A DNA stretch of 64,000 nucleotides from contig CAVVPT010000010.1 of NCBI GenBank assembly GCA_963750125.1, forward strand, positions 16,147 through 80,146, in the 5' to 3' direction. Origin of the DNA: an uncultured Chloroflexia bacterium (lineage in GTDB: Bacteria; Chloroflexota; Limnocylindria; Limnocylindrales; CSP1-4). Below, one piece after another: positions 19,258-29,461 of this stretch. A model generated the notes under the pieces. The model was given only the letters and a program-made list of their open reading frames with translations. It had not been told where the DNA came from and ran no database searches. Position numbers and translations under genes: made by a program. Positions within the stretch are counted from its first letter, which is position 1. Each line of letters starts with the position of its first letter.

Positions 19258-20613
19258 CTAGCGGCGATTGGTCTTCTGCGGTTCGTCCGGAGGCTCGAAG
19301 AGCCAGGTCTCCGGGATCCCCGACTTGCCCAGCGCGCCGAGCTTCGTGCCATTGAGCGTGAACAGCGTCACGCCGGACGAGCCGGTGCGGACCTCGACCG
19401 ACTTCCTGCCCTGGAACGTCAGCGTCTTGCCGTTCTTGTACACGGTCCCGGCCGAACCCACCTTCTTGTCGACCTTACCGTCGACCCAGACCTTGATCCA
19501 CGCGCGCCCGCCCTTGACGCGGACGACGAGGTTCACGCCCTTGTAGGCCACTGTGACGTTGCGCGTCAGCGACGTGGTCTTGCCCGCGTCGCTTGAGGCC
19601 GTGACGGTGAGCGACCACCGGCCGGTCGTCAGCTCATAGGGTGCGCTGAACGTCCCGTCCTCGGCCACGGCAACCTTGACCTGGGCCGGGGTCGGCGTCC
19701 TGGACGGCCCGGTATCGCCCTCGGCGGGGCCTGTGTACTTCGCGTGGACCACGACCTCCTTCGCGTTGGTCGCGGTGCCCTGGACAGGGATTGCGCCGTT
19801 CTCGAACGTGGCCCCGTCGGCGGGCTGGTCGACGCTCAGCGTCGGCGTCTCGATCTCGCGGAACGGGACCGTGATGAAGATGCGCTTCGTCTCGTCCGAG
19901 GTCTTCTGCGTCGTCGGGTCGCGGGCACTGATGTCGAACTGATTGCGGCCGCGGCGGAGGTCGATGTCGGCGATCCATGCGCCACTCGTGTCGGCGGTCA
20001 CGTGCATCGGCTGGTCCCAGCTCGGCGAGACGATCGAGACCGTTGCTCCCGGGATCGACGAGCCACGCAGGACGTACGACGTGGCCGTCTCGTCGACGTC
20101 GACGACTGCGGTAGGTGGCTGCGTGACCGCGATCGTGGGCGGCTCGACGTAGCGCTGGATCTGCATCGCAAGGTAGAACGCGAAGGCGGCCACCGCGACG
20201 GTCATGATCGCGGCCACGATGATGGCCGGCGAGAAGGTCAGGCCCTTGCGAGGAGCGGCGATCGGGCGCGGGACGACAATGACCGGCTCCGTCTCCTTGA
20301 TCTCGCCGCGCTCGCGGCGCCACTGGAGCAGGACGTCATCAGGATCGAGGCCGAGGTACAGCGCGTAGTTGCGCAGGAAGCCCTTGGTGTAGACCGCCCC
20401 GGGCAACTCCTTGTAGTCGCCCCGCTCGAGGGCCGCCAGGTACCGCGCCCGGATCTTGGTGTCGCGTTCGGCGCGGTACAGGTCCACGCCCTTGCGCTCG
20501 CGAGCCGTGAACAGCCGCTCCGGCAGGTTCGGACCGTAATCGGGCGTGGAGCCGCGCGCCGACTCGCTGCGGTCGATGCCGACCGCACGCTTCACCTGGT
20601 CTCGCGTGGTCAT
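19258..20613 (-). CDS. RodZ-like membrane protein: XRE-type HTH, single TM helix, C-terminal DUF4115-like domain
   Basis: N-terminal HTH (LRNYALYLGLDPDDVL). TM segment (AIIVAAIMTVAVAAFAFYLA). Long extracytoplasmic beta-rich C-terminus. ATGA overlap with the ftsK stop. Confidence 0.65.
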   Translation of the reverse strand: MTTRDQVKRAVGIDRSESARGSTPDYGPNLPERLFTARERKGVDLYRAERDTKIRARYLAALERGDYKELPGAVYTKGFLRNYALYLGLDPDDVLLQWRRERGEIKETEPVIVVPRPIAAPRKGLTFSPAIIVAAIMTVAVAAFAFYLAMQIQRYVEPPTIAVTQPPTAVVDVDETATSYVLRGSSIPGATVSIVSPSWDQPMHVTADTSGAWIADIDLRRGRNQFDISARDPTTQKTSDETKRIFITVPFREIETPTLSVDQPADGATFENGAIPVQGTATNAKEVVVHAKYTGPAEGDTGPSRTPTPAQVKVAVAEDGTFSAPYELTTGRWSLTVTASSDAGKTTSLTRNVTVAYKGVNLVVRVKGGRAWIKVWVDGKVDKKVGSAGTVYKNGKTLTFQGRKSVEVRTGSSGVTLFTLNGTKLGALGKSGIPETWLFEPPDEPQKTNRR

Positions 20614-22970
20614 TCGTCTTCCCCGTCATCCCCCGCCCCGGCCGGTGACGGATTGTCCCGCCGGAGCACCGCTCGAGCATTCGACCCGTCGAAGGCGCCG
20701 ATATACCCCCGCGCCTCGAGCTGGTCGATCATCCGCGCTGCGCGAGCATAGCCCACCTTCAACCGTCGCTGTAATAGCGAAGCGGATGCACGATCGTACT
20801 CCCGGATCACCTCGATCGCGTCGGGCAGCAGTCGGTCGGCCTCCTCGTCGTCGGCGTCGCCCGCGCGACCGCTTCCCTCATCGCCGGTCTCGATGATCGA
20901 CAGGTCGTAGTGCGGGTCGTCGATCTGGTCCTTCCAGTGCTCGACGACCTTGGCGATCTCGTGGTCGGACACGAAGACGCCCTGCATGCGGATCGGGCGC
21001 GGCAGGTCGGACGGCTGGTAGAGCATGTCGCCGCGACCGATCAGGTCCTCCGCCCCGGGTGCGTCGAGGATCGTCCGCGAGTCGATCTGCGAGGCCATGG
21101 CAAACGCGATGCGACTCGGGAAGTTGGCCTTGATGAGGCCGGTAACGACGTTGACCGACGGGCGCTGCGTGGCCAGGACCATGTGGATCCCGACCGCGCG
21201 CGCCTTCTGGGCCAGGCGGACGATCGGATCCTCGACATTCTTGCCCTCGCGCATCATCAGGTCGGCCAGCTCGTCGATGACGATGACGATGTACGGCATC
21301 CGGTCGGCCGGGTCGGCGCGCGTCTCGTTGAAGGCGCGGATGTTGCGTGCCGTGGCGCCCGCCAACCGCCGGTAGCGGCCCTCCATCTCGTTCATCGCCC
21401 AGAGCAGCGCCGCCTTGGCCTTCTCGGGCTCGGTGATGACCGGCACGAGCAGGTGCGGCAACCCGTTGTAGGCGGCCAGCTCGACGCGCTTGAGGTCCAT
21501 CAGGATGAGCCGGATCTCAGCCGGCGTGGCCTTGCACAGCAGGCTCGTGATGAGCGCGTTGACCATGACGCTCTTGCCTGACCCGGTGGCGCCGGCGATC
21601 AGCAGGTGGGGCATCCGCGCGAGGTCGACGGCTTGGGCCTTGCCGGCCACGTCGCGGCCCAGGGCGAATGTCAGCTTCGAACCCGTCGCCTCGAAGTCGA
21701 GCTCGTCGAGGATCCGCCGCAGCGCGACGATGTTGAAGTCCTTGTTGGGGATCTCGATGCCGACCGCGCTCTTGCCCGGGATCGGCGCCTCGATGCGCAG
21801 CGAGCGGGCCGCCAGCGCCATGGCCAGGTCGTCGGCGAGCGCCTCGATCCGGCTGACCTTGATGTCCGGCGCCGGCTGGACCTCGTACTGGGTCACGACC
21901 GGGCCGGCGTTGCGGCTGGTGATCTCGGCCGGGATGCCGAAGCCGGCCAGCTTCTTCTTGATGATCTCCTCGTTGTGGCGATGGATCGTCTCTTCCCCGC
22001 TGCCGTTCACGGGCAGCGGGAGGTCATCGAGGATCGCCGTGTCCGGGAGGCGGTACTCGGCCTCGCGCGTCGGGGCCGAGTCGCCGGCCTCGGTGATGTC
22101 GTCAAGCGGGCGCACCGGACGCGGCGCGGTTGCCACGGCGGCCGCACCGGCGGCGCGAGCGGGCGCGAAGGTGGCCGAGGTTGGCGTCGGGCTCGGGATG
22201 GCGACCGGGATGCTGGTCGCCTGATCGCCGTTCTCGCCCCACATGCCAGTCTGGCCGTCTGACGTCCCGCCCGCGACAGCGGCCGCTCCACGCCGGCCCT
22301 TTGCGGGAGCCGTCGCGGCGGCAGCCCCGTTCGGCGATCCGCCGTTCGCGGCGTTGGGCGACTCCCGCTTCATGCTCGCCGCCGTGACCCCGCCCAGCCA
22401 GCGGGCGGTGCCGGTCAGGGGCCGTGCCAGCTCGGCCGGACGCAAGGCAAACGCGATCATGAGGCCGATCACGATCAGGCCCGCGAGCAGGATGAATGCA
22501 CCCGGCCCGGTGACGAGCGGGACGAGGAGCTCTTCGAGGAACCGGCCGATTCGCCCGCCGCCGCGCTCGACCCCCAGGAGCTCGAAGCTGAGGACCTCGA
22601 GGCAGCCGAGGAAGCCGATGAACGCGATGGTCAGACCGATGACCGTTGCGCCCCAGCCGGAGTTGGGCTTTCGACCGGGACCCCATTCGAGGTACCAGCC
22701 GGCGCTGAGCAGCAGGAACGGCAGGAGCCAGCGGCCGGTCTCGAACCACGGCGCGATCGAGTCGCGGTAGCGGTCGGTGAGCTCGCCCTCGCCCGGCAAC
22801 AGCAGCGCGATCAGCGTCACGGCGCCGAGCAACAGGAACGTGATGCCGATGATCGAGCGCGCAATCTCGGGGCTGATCGTGGGCAGGCGTACGGTGGGTA
22901 TCCCGCTGTTGCGGCGTCGTCGCCGCGGGGTCGCCTGCCGGCTGGTCGAGGTGCGCCGTCGGGTCGCCAC
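20610..22970 (-). CDS. ftsK: DNA translocase FtsK
   Basis: N-terminal TM helices and a Pro/Ala linker. Motor domain with Walker A GATGSGKS. C-terminal winged-helix gamma domain. GTG start 2 nt after the rnj stop. Track ORF 20610..24644 is an artefactual fusion. Confidence 0.9.
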   Translation of the reverse strand: MATRRRTSTSRQATPRRRRRNSGIPTVRLPTISPEIARSIIGITFLLLGAVTLIALLLPGEGELTDRYRDSIAPWFETGRWLLPFLLLSAGWYLEWGPGRKPNSGWGATVIGLTIAFIGFLGCLEVLSFELLGVERGGGRIGRFLEELLVPLVTGPGAFILLAGLIVIGLMIAFALRPAELARPLTGTARWLGGVTAASMKRESPNAANGGSPNGAAAATAPAKGRRGAAAVAGGTSDGQTGMWGENGDQATSIPVAIPSPTPTSATFAPARAAGAAAVATAPRPVRPLDDITEAGDSAPTREAEYRLPDTAILDDLPLPVNGSGEETIHRHNEEIIKKKLAGFGIPAEITSRNAGPVVTQYEVQPAPDIKVSRIEALADDLAMALAARSLRIEAPIPGKSAVGIEIPNKDFNIVALRRILDELDFEATGSKLTFALGRDVAGKAQAVDLARMPHLLIAGATGSGKSVMVNALITSLLCKATPAEIRLILMDLKRVELAAYNGLPHLLVPVITEPEKAKAALLWAMNEMEGRYRRLAGATARNIRAFNETRADPADRMPYIVIVIDELADLMMREGKNVEDPIVRLAQKARAVGIHMVLATQRPSVNVVTGLIKANFPSRIAFAMASQIDSRTILDAPGAEDLIGRGDMLYQPSDLPRPIRMQGVFVSDHEIAKVVEHWKDQIDDPHYDLSIIETGDEGSGRAGDADDEEADRLLPDAIEVIREYDRASASLLQRRLKVGYARAARMIDQLEARGYIGAFDGSNARAVLRRDNPSPAGAGDDGEDE

Positions 22971-22972
22971 GG

Positions 22973-24644
22973 TCAGACCTCGACCACGACCGGGAAGACC
23001 ATCGGACGGCGCTTCGTCTGCTCGTACAGGTAGCGCGACAGGCCGTCCTTGATCTGGCTCTTGAGCAGGCCAATCTCGCTGATGTGGTCGCCGGGGTTGT
23101 CGACCGCGGCGAGGACCCGGTCGACCGCCTCCTCCATGAGCGGGTCGCGCTCGTTCAGCGGGACGAAGCCTCGCGTGATGATCTCGGGACGCCCAACCAC
23201 CGAGCCGGTCTGCTTGTCGACCGTGACGACGACCATGAAGATTCCGTCGTTGGCCAACGCGCGCCGGTCGCGCAGCACGACCTCGCCGACCTCGCCGACC
23301 GAGAGGCCGTCGACGAAGACGTACCCCGCCTGGACCGGCGTGCCGCGCCTGGCGCTGCCGTCGGCCGAGATCTCGATCGGCGTGCCGTTCTCGATGATAA
23401 ACACGTTCTCGGGCAGGACCCCGGTCTCGATCGCGAGGCGACCGTGCTGGACCTGCATCCGGAACTCGCCGTGGATCGGGATGAAGTGTTTCGGTTTCGT
23501 CAGCCCCAGCATCAACTTGAGCTCTTCCTGGCTCGCGTGGCCGGAGACATGCGCTCGCTTGATCGTGTGGTAGAAGACGTTGGCGCCGACCTTGAAGAGG
23601 TTGTCGATCGTGCGCGAGACGTATTCCTCGTTGCCGGGGATCGGGCTGGCCGACACGATCACGGTGTCGCCGGGCTGAATCTCGACGAAGCGATGGTCGC
23701 GGTTGGCCATCCGGGCAAGGCCCGCCATCGGTTCGCCCTGGGCGCCCGTCGTGGCGATGACCAGCTTCCCGTCGGGCTGGTCCTTGATGCGGTCCTTCGA
23801 CAGGACCTTGGCCGGGTCGTACGTCAGGTAGCCGAGGTCGGTCGCGATCCGGAAGTTCTGCTCCATCGAACGCCCGATCACGACCGTGCTGCGGTCCATG
23901 TCGGCGGCTGCGTCGAGCACTTGCTGGATGCGCGCGATGTTGCTCGCGAAGGTGGCGACGATGACCCGGCCCTCGAGCGGCTCCATGATCTCGCGGAAGG
24001 CCTCGCCGACGGTGCGCTCCGAGGGCGTGTAGCCGGGGTTCTCGGCACGGGTCGAATTCGGAGAGCAGGCAGACCACGCCTTCTTCGCCGAGCCTGGCGA
24101 GGATCGCGAAGTCGGACAGCTTGCCGTCGACGGGCGTGTGGTCGAACTTGAAGTCGCCCGTGTGGACGACGGTCCCGACTGGCGTGCGGATTGCGACGCC
24201 CATGGCGTCCGGGATCGAATGGCCGACGCGGAATGGAATGATGCGGAACGGCCCGATCTCGACCTCGTCGCCCGGATCGAGCGCAAGCAGCGGGTTGTTG
24301 TGGAGCTTGTGCTCCTTGATCTTGTTGCCGAGCAGGCCACGGGCGAGCGTCGAGGCGTAGATCGGGACGCCCGGGAAGCCGGGCAGGACGTATGGCAGAC
24401 CGCCGACGTGGTCTTCGTGCGCGTGCGTGATCACGAAGGCGCGGACGTCCTCGCGCCGCTCGCGGAGGTAGGTCACATCCGGGATCACGAGGTCGATCCC
24501 GAACATCTCCTCGTCCGGGAACATCAGTCCGCAGTCGACGACGACGATGTCGGAGCCGTACTCGAAGATGTACATGTTCTTGCCGATCTCCCCCACCCCG
24601 CCGAGCGGGATGATGCGGAGCGGCGTATCAGGTGTATCTGGCAT
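22973..24644 (-). CDS. rnj: Ribonuclease J (beta-CASP metallo-beta-lactamase RNase); frame interrupted by a 1-nt insertion at ~24054-24059
   Basis: N-terminus MPDTPDTPLRIIPLGGVGEIGKN...HAHEDHVGG lies in one frame. The C-terminal part from STRAENPGYTPSERTV onward lies in the frame ending at 22973. The conserved motif L-L-S-E-S-T-N/R-A-E is split exactly at gaaTTcgac (a GAATTC site); deleting one T restores ..VVCLLSESTRAENPGY.. Confidence 0.9.
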
Positions 24645-25453
24645 GCGGTTCCTGTGGATTGGTGGTCAGAAGAGGGTGAGCTGGTCCGTCGGGACGAGTT
24701 CGGCCGAGGCCGGTTGCGGCTCGACGACAGGTTCGAGTTCGTGCGTGTGGCGCCAGGCTCCGACTCCGGCTCGGGCTCCGGCTCCGGCGCCGTGGCGACG
24801 GCCGGCGCAGCGACCGCCACACCGACGGCGGCAGACACCGCGGATCGCTCGCGCGCCGCCCGCCGCTCGCGTGAGGCGATCAGCGCGGTGGGAACCTGGG
24901 CGACGTCGTCGTAGCTTTCGCGTTCGATGGCCGGCGTGCGCAACGCGGCCGCAGGGTGGTACATCGCGAACACCAACGCGTCACGAGCGCCCGTCGCGGG
25001 ATCTGCGGGACGCATCGTGCCGTGGGCCTGCGAGATCCGGGCACCCGGCATGAAGCGGCCCATCGAGTGACGACCGAGCGTCACGATGACGGCCGGGTCG
25101 AGCACGTCGAGCTGGCGTCGAAGGTACGGCTCGCACGCTGCGATCTCGTCTGCTTCGGGATCGCGGTTGTCGGGTGGACGGCACTTCACGACGTTCGTGA
25201 TGAACACGTCCTCGCGGCGCCAGCCGATCGATCCGAGCAGGCGGACCAGCAGATCGCCGGCACGGCCGACGAACGGGCGTCCCTGGCGGTCCTCGTTGAA
25301 ACCCGGACCCTCACCGACGAAAACGACCTCGGTCGAGGGATCACCTTCACCGGGCACGGCCTGCGTGCGGGTCTCGTGGAGACGACACCGGGTGCACGCC
25401 CGTACCTCGCCGGCGATGACCTCGAGCGCCGCCTGGCGCTCGGCCCGTGTCAC
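24524..25453 (-). CDS. udg: Uracil-DNA glycosylase, family 4
   Basis: GEGPGFNEDRQGRPFVGRAG motif. CxxC...C Fe-S cysteines. HPAAALR motif. Probable GTG start at 25453. Low-complexity C-terminal tail overlaps the rnj start by 120 nt. Confidence 0.7.
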   Translation of the reverse strand: MTRAERQAALEVIAGEVRACTRCRLHETRTQAVPGEGDPSTEVVFVGEGPGFNEDRQGRPFVGRAGDLLVRLLGSIGWRREDVFITNVVKCRPPDNRDPEADEIAACEPYLRRQLDVLDPAVIVTLGRHSMGRFMPGARISQAHGTMRPADPATGARDALVFAMYHPAAALRTPAIERESYDDVAQVPTALIASRERRAARERSAVSAAVGVAVAAPAVATAPEPEPEPESEPGATRTNSNLSSSRNRPRPNSSRRTSSPSSDHQSTGTACQIHLIRRSASSRSAGWGRSARTCTSSSTAPTSSSSTAD

Positions 25454-26556
25454 GCGGTTCCCCCACCCGCCGGTTCCGGCACGGGCCCTCGGTAGCGCGG
25501 CGCACCACGCCTTGACGCGTGCGTGACCCAATCGCGCTCGACAAGCGCCTCGGCCAGCTCCACGGCGTTCGTTGCCGCGCCCTTGCGCAGGTTGTCCGAT
25601 ACGACCCACACGGCCAGCCCGCGCCCGTCAGGGATCGATGGATCGCGGCGCACCCGTCCGACGAAGATCTCGTCACGGCCGGCGGCATCGCTCGCGAGCG
25701 GGTATTCGTGTTCTTCGGGGTTGTCGCGGACGACGACGCCCGGGACCGCGGCGAACAGCTCGCGTGCGCGCTCCGGGGTGATCGGCTCATGCGTCTCGAC
25801 GTGGACGGCCTCCGAGTGGCTCACGTGGACGGGGATGCGCACGGCGGTGCACGAGATGCGCAGGTCGGGCAGGCCGAGGATCTTGCGACTCTCGGTGACG
25901 ACCTTCCACTCCTCCTTCGTGTAGCCGTTCGGGAGGAAGACGTCGATCTCGGGCAGCGCGTTGAACGCGATGGGGTGCGGATACACCGAGGCCTGTTTCG
26001 GCTCGCCGGCCACGTGGGCGCGAATCTGGCCCTCGAGCTCGGCCAGCGCGTCGGCGCCGGTCCCGGAGACGGATTGGTACGTGTCGACGACGACGCGCTC
26101 CAGCCCGACGGCATCGCGCAGCGCCATCAGCACTGGGACGAGCTGCATCGTGGAACAGTTCGGGTTCGCGATGATGCCCTCGTGGCCCTCCATGTCGTCG
26201 GGATTGACCTGCGAGACGACCAGCGGGATGCCGGGGTCCATGCGCCACGCGGACGAATTGTCGATGACCGTTGCCCCGCAGGCCACCGCAGCCGGGGCGA
26301 GGACGCGCGACGCACCGGCTCCTGCCGAGAACAACGCCACGTCGACCCCCTCGAACGCGGCCTCGGTGGCTTCGTCGATCTCGTGGGTCTGGCCGTCGAT
26401 CGACAGCATCCTGCCGGCCGATCGCGCCGAGGCGAGCAGCCGCAGTTCCCCAACGGGGAATTCTCGTTCGTTCAGGACCTGGATCATCGTCCGGCCGACG
26501 ACGCCAGTGGCGCCGACGACTGCGACGGTGAGGTGTCGGCGGTTCATCGAAGGCAT
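25450..26556 (-). CDS. asd: Aspartate-semialdehyde dehydrogenase
   Basis: N-terminal VAVVGATGVVG Rossmann motif. Active-site IIANPNCST (Cys). ~369 aa. No ask gene adjacent. Confidence 0.9.
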   Translation of the reverse strand: MPSMNRRHLTVAVVGATGVVGRTMIQVLNEREFPVGELRLLASARSAGRMLSIDGQTHEIDEATEAAFEGVDVALFSAGAGASRVLAPAAVACGATVIDNSSAWRMDPGIPLVVSQVNPDDMEGHEGIIANPNCSTMQLVPVLMALRDAVGLERVVVDTYQSVSGTGADALAELEGQIRAHVAGEPKQASVYPHPIAFNALPEIDVFLPNGYTKEEWKVVTESRKILGLPDLRISCTAVRIPVHVSHSEAVHVETHEPITPERARELFAAVPGVVVRDNPEEHEYPLASDAAGRDEIFVGRVRRDPSIPDGRGLAVWVVSDNLRKGAATNAVELAEALVERDWVTHASRRGAPRYRGPVPEPAGGGTA

Positions 26557-26708
26557 GGCTCCGCGCGTACTTACCGGGGCGGGCACGCCGGGAGTATAGC
26601 CGGTCAGGCAGGCCAAACCGAAGGTCGCGCATGCCCGGCGGACCCTCCACGGCGGCCCCGCCTGCGCCCTGCCGTTTCGAACGCTCGCCGTTCCAGGGAC
26701 GGATCAGG

Positions 26709-26739
26709 AATTAGAACGGCCGACCCTCGCGGGTCGGCC
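26709..26739 (-). terminator. Putative intrinsic terminator downstream of pnp
   Basis: Hairpin GGCCGACCC-ucgc-GGGUCGGCC, followed on the minus strand by GUUCUAAUU. Confidence 0.45.
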
Positions 26740-26759
26740 GTCTCGTGTGGCTTCTTCGT

Positions 26760-29342
26760 TCAGACCGGTTCCTTGGCCAGGTGGCGCTGCATCGCTGCCT
26801 TGCGCGAGAGGTTGACGCGACCCTGCCGGTCGATCTCGGTCACGACCACCATCACCTCGTCGCCGACGGACACGACGTCCTCGACGGTCGGCACGTGGTA
26901 GTCGGCGAGCTCGCCGATCCGGACGAGGCCTTCCTTGCCCGGCAGGATCTCGACGAACGCGCCGAAGCCCATGATCCGGGTGACCTTGCCGAGGTACAGC
27001 GAGCCGACTTCGACCTCGCGCGTCAGGGACTCGATCCACTGGATCGCCTTTCGCGAGTTCTCGCCGGAAACGGCCGCGATCTCGACCGTGCCGTCGTCCT
27101 CGACGTTGATCTCGGTCTGGGTCTCCTCCTGGATCTTGCGGATCATTGAGCCACCCTTGCCGATGATCTCGCGAATCTTCTCGGGGTTGATCTTGATCGT
27201 GATGATGCGCGGAGCGAACTCGCTCATCTCGGTGCGTGCCGTCGGCAGCGTCTCGGTCATCTTGTCGAGGATCGTGAGGCGCGCCTCGCGGGCCTGGGCG
27301 AGGCCATCACGGATGATCGCCTCGCTGATGCCACGGACCTTGATGTCCATCTGCAGGGCGGTCACGCCGTCCCGCGTCCCGGTCACCTTGAAGTCCATGT
27401 CGCCGATCGAGTCCTCCTTGCCGAGGATGTCGGTGAGGACGACGAACCGGCCGTCGGGCTCGCTGATCAGGCCCATCGCCGCGCCGGCGACCGGAGCCTT
27501 GATCGGCACGCCTGCGTCCATCAACGCGAGCGTTGATCCGCAGGTCGACGCCATCGATGTCGAGCCGTTGGAGGTCACGCACTCCGACACGAGCCGGATG
27601 ACGTACGGGAACTCCTCCTGGCTCGGCAGGACGGGCACGAGCGCCCGCTCGGCGAGATGGCCGTGACCGATGTCACGCCGACTGGGACCACGCATCATCT
27701 TGTTCTCGCCGGTGCTGTACGGCGGGAAGTTGTAGTGATGGAGGTAGCGCTTCTCGGTCTCCGGGCTGATGGTGTCGATGCGCTGGACGTCCGAGGACGC
27801 GCCGAGCGTGGCGACGGTCAGCGCCTGCGTCTCACCACGGGTGAACAGGCCGGAGCCGTGTGCGCGCGGGATCAGCCCGACCTCGACCGAGATCGGCCGG
27901 ATGTCGGTCAGCCCCCGCCCGTCGATCCGGATCCCCTCGTCGAGGACGAGCCGGCGCACGGTCTTTTTCTGGATGAGGCTGAACAGGCCCTTGCTGACGC
28001 GGGCGTTACGGCGCGCCTGCTCGAGGAGCGCGTTGGTGTCGCCCCCGGTCCGGTTGGCGCGGACGGCCTCGGCGATGCTCTCGCGCAGCGCGGAGACACG
28101 GCCCGGCAGGTCATTCGCGAACCACAGCAGCAGGTTGGCGGTCGCCTCGGCATCGGGCAGGGCCCGATGGCTCTGGGTCAGGTCGATGCCAAAGAAGTTC
28201 GACAGCGTCGGCAGCTTGTAGTTCTCAAGATCCGGGTAGCCCTCGCGGGCAATCACCAGGGTGTCGAGATAGCGACCCGGTTCGATCTTGGTGCCATCGC
28301 CGAGTGCAGCCTCGATGAAGGCGATGTCGAACCCGACGCTGTGGCCGACGATCATCGCGTCGCCGGCGAAGTCGAGCGCCTTGCGGGCCGCCTCGGCGGG
28401 CGACGGGGCGCCGCGGATGTCGTCATTGGTGATGCCGTGCATCTGGTTGCCGACGATCGGACGCCCCGGATCGACGAAGGTCGACCAACGGTCGACGATC
28501 GCGTTCCCCTTGACCTTGACCGCGGCGATCTCGACGAGGTCGGCCATCTTCGGGTCCGTGCCGGTCGTCTCGACGTCGATGACGACGAGCTCGCGCTCGG
28601 CATCGGTGGCAGCCGCGAAGTCGAGCACCGACTCGATCGGCGGCTCGAGGTACGGGATCCGCTTGGCCTTCCCGACCGCCTTCTGGAGCTCCTCCTGCAG
28701 GTCGATGAGCGGCTGGAGCGAACGGTGGCCGAAGAGGATGGCTTCCGCCATGACCGCCTCGGGCAGCAGCTTCGCGCCGGCCTCGACCATCATGATCGCG
28801 TCACGCGTGCCGGCGACGATCAGGTCGAGCTCCGAGTCGGCAAGCTCAGTGTGCGTCGGGTTGACGACGAACTGGCCGTCGATCCGTCCGACGCGGACAG
28901 AGGCAATCGGGCCGAGGAACGGGATCTCGCTGATCGTCAGCGCAGCCGATGCGGCGAGGGTACCGACGACGTCGGGGTTGTTCTCCTGGTCCGTCGAGAG
29001 GACCGTGATGACGAGCTGGATGTCGTCCTTGTAGCCCGTCGGGAAGAGCGGCCGGATGGGCCGGTCGGTCTGGCGAGCGGCGAGGATCGCGTGCTCGGAC
29101 GGGCGCGCCTCGCGCTTGATGAAGCCGCCGGGGATCTTGCCGGCTGCATACATCCGCTCCTCGAAGTCGACCGTGAGCGGAAAGAAGTCGAGGCCGGGGC
29201 GCGGCTCCGACCGGTTGGCGGTGCCGAGCACCATAGTGTCGCCGTAGCGGACAGTGACCGAACCGCCGGCGAGGCGGGCGAGCTTGCCGGTCTCGATGGT
29301 CAGCGTGCGACCACCGAACTCGGTCTCGAAAATCTGGGACAA
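26760..29342 (-). CDS. pnp: Polyribonucleotide nucleotidyltransferase (PNPase) with an inserted DEDDh-type 3'-5' exonuclease domain
   Basis: RNase PH 1 and 2 (..[14 protein letters not shown].., ..[22 protein letters not shown]..), KH ([12 protein letters not shown]) and S1 domains all present. The protein is 860 aa instead of ~700-750. Residues ~248-433 carry Exo[10 protein letters not shown], Exo[11 protein letters not shown] and Exo[14 protein letters not shown] motifs. Confidence 0.9.
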   Translation of the reverse strand: MSQIFETEFGGRTLTIETGKLARLAGGSVTVRYGDTMVLGTANRSEPRPGLDFFPLTVDFEERMYAAGKIPGGFIKREARPSEHAILAARQTDRPIRPLFPTGYKDDIQLVITVLSTDQENNPDVVGTLAASAALTISEIPFLGPIASVRVGRIDGQFVVNPTHTELADSELDLIVAGTRDAIMMVEAGAKLLPEAVMAEAILFGHRSLQPLIDLQEELQKAVGKAKRIPYLEPPIESVLDFAAATDAERELVVIDVETTGTDPKMADLVEIAAVKVKGNAIVDRWSTFVDPGRPIVGNQMHGITNDDIRGAPSPAEAARKALDFAGDAMIVGHSVGFDIAFIEAALGDGTKIEPGRYLDTLVIAREGYPDLENYKLPTLSNFFGIDLTQSHRALPDAEATANLLLWFANDLPGRVSALRESIAEAVRANRTGGDTNALLEQARRNARVSKGLFSLIQKKTVRRLVLDEGIRIDGRGLTDIRPISVEVGLIPRAHGSGLFTRGETQALTVATLGASSDVQRIDTISPETEKRYLHHYNFPPYSTGENKMMRGPSRRDIGHGHLAERALVPVLPSQEEFPYVIRLVSECVTSNGSTSMASTCGSTLALMDAGVPIKAPVAGAAMGLISEPDGRFVVLTDILGKEDSIGDMDFKVTGTRDGVTALQMDIKVRGISEAIIRDGLAQAREARLTILDKMTETLPTARTEMSEFAPRIITIKINPEKIREIIGKGGSMIRKIQEETQTEINVEDDGTVEIAAVSGENSRKAIQWIESLTREVEVGSLYLGKVTRIMGFGAFVEILPGKEGLVRIGELADYHVPTVEDVVSVGDEVMVVVTEIDRQGRVNLSRKAAMQRHLAKEPV

Positions 29343-29422
29343 GGGAACCGTTCCTCCTTGTCGCGGAGGAGGGCCCGACCTATGAGCGGATGAGCCGGTT
29401 TCGCCGGTGACGCGTGATGCGA

Positions 29423-29449
29423 GAAACCCCGGGAACGACCCGGGGTTCG
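29423..29449 (-). terminator. GC-rich hairpin between rpsO and pnp (attenuator / partial terminator candidate)
   Basis: CCCCGGG-ucguu-CCCGGGG followed by UUUCUC on the minus strand. This is the same position as the E. coli rpsO-pnp intercistronic hairpin. Confidence 0.4.
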
Positions 29450-29461
29450 CAGTGACGGCGC

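Noticed and set aside
24054-24059. EcoRI site (GAATTC) considered as a possible cloning or vector junction
   Set aside because: The flanking sequence is continuous rnj coding sequence on both sides. The site arises from a single extra T inside the gene, not from foreign DNA.
20610-24644. 1344-aa ORF that looks like a giant fusion protein
   Set aside because: It is the rnj N-terminus, then out-of-frame read-through of rnj, then ftsK in the ftsK frame. It exists only because of the 1-nt indel in rnj. The real genes are rnj (22973..24644) and ftsK (20610..22970).
27657-29393. 578-aa + strand ORF
   Set aside because: It is antisense to pnp, with a low-complexity Arg/Asp/Gly translation.
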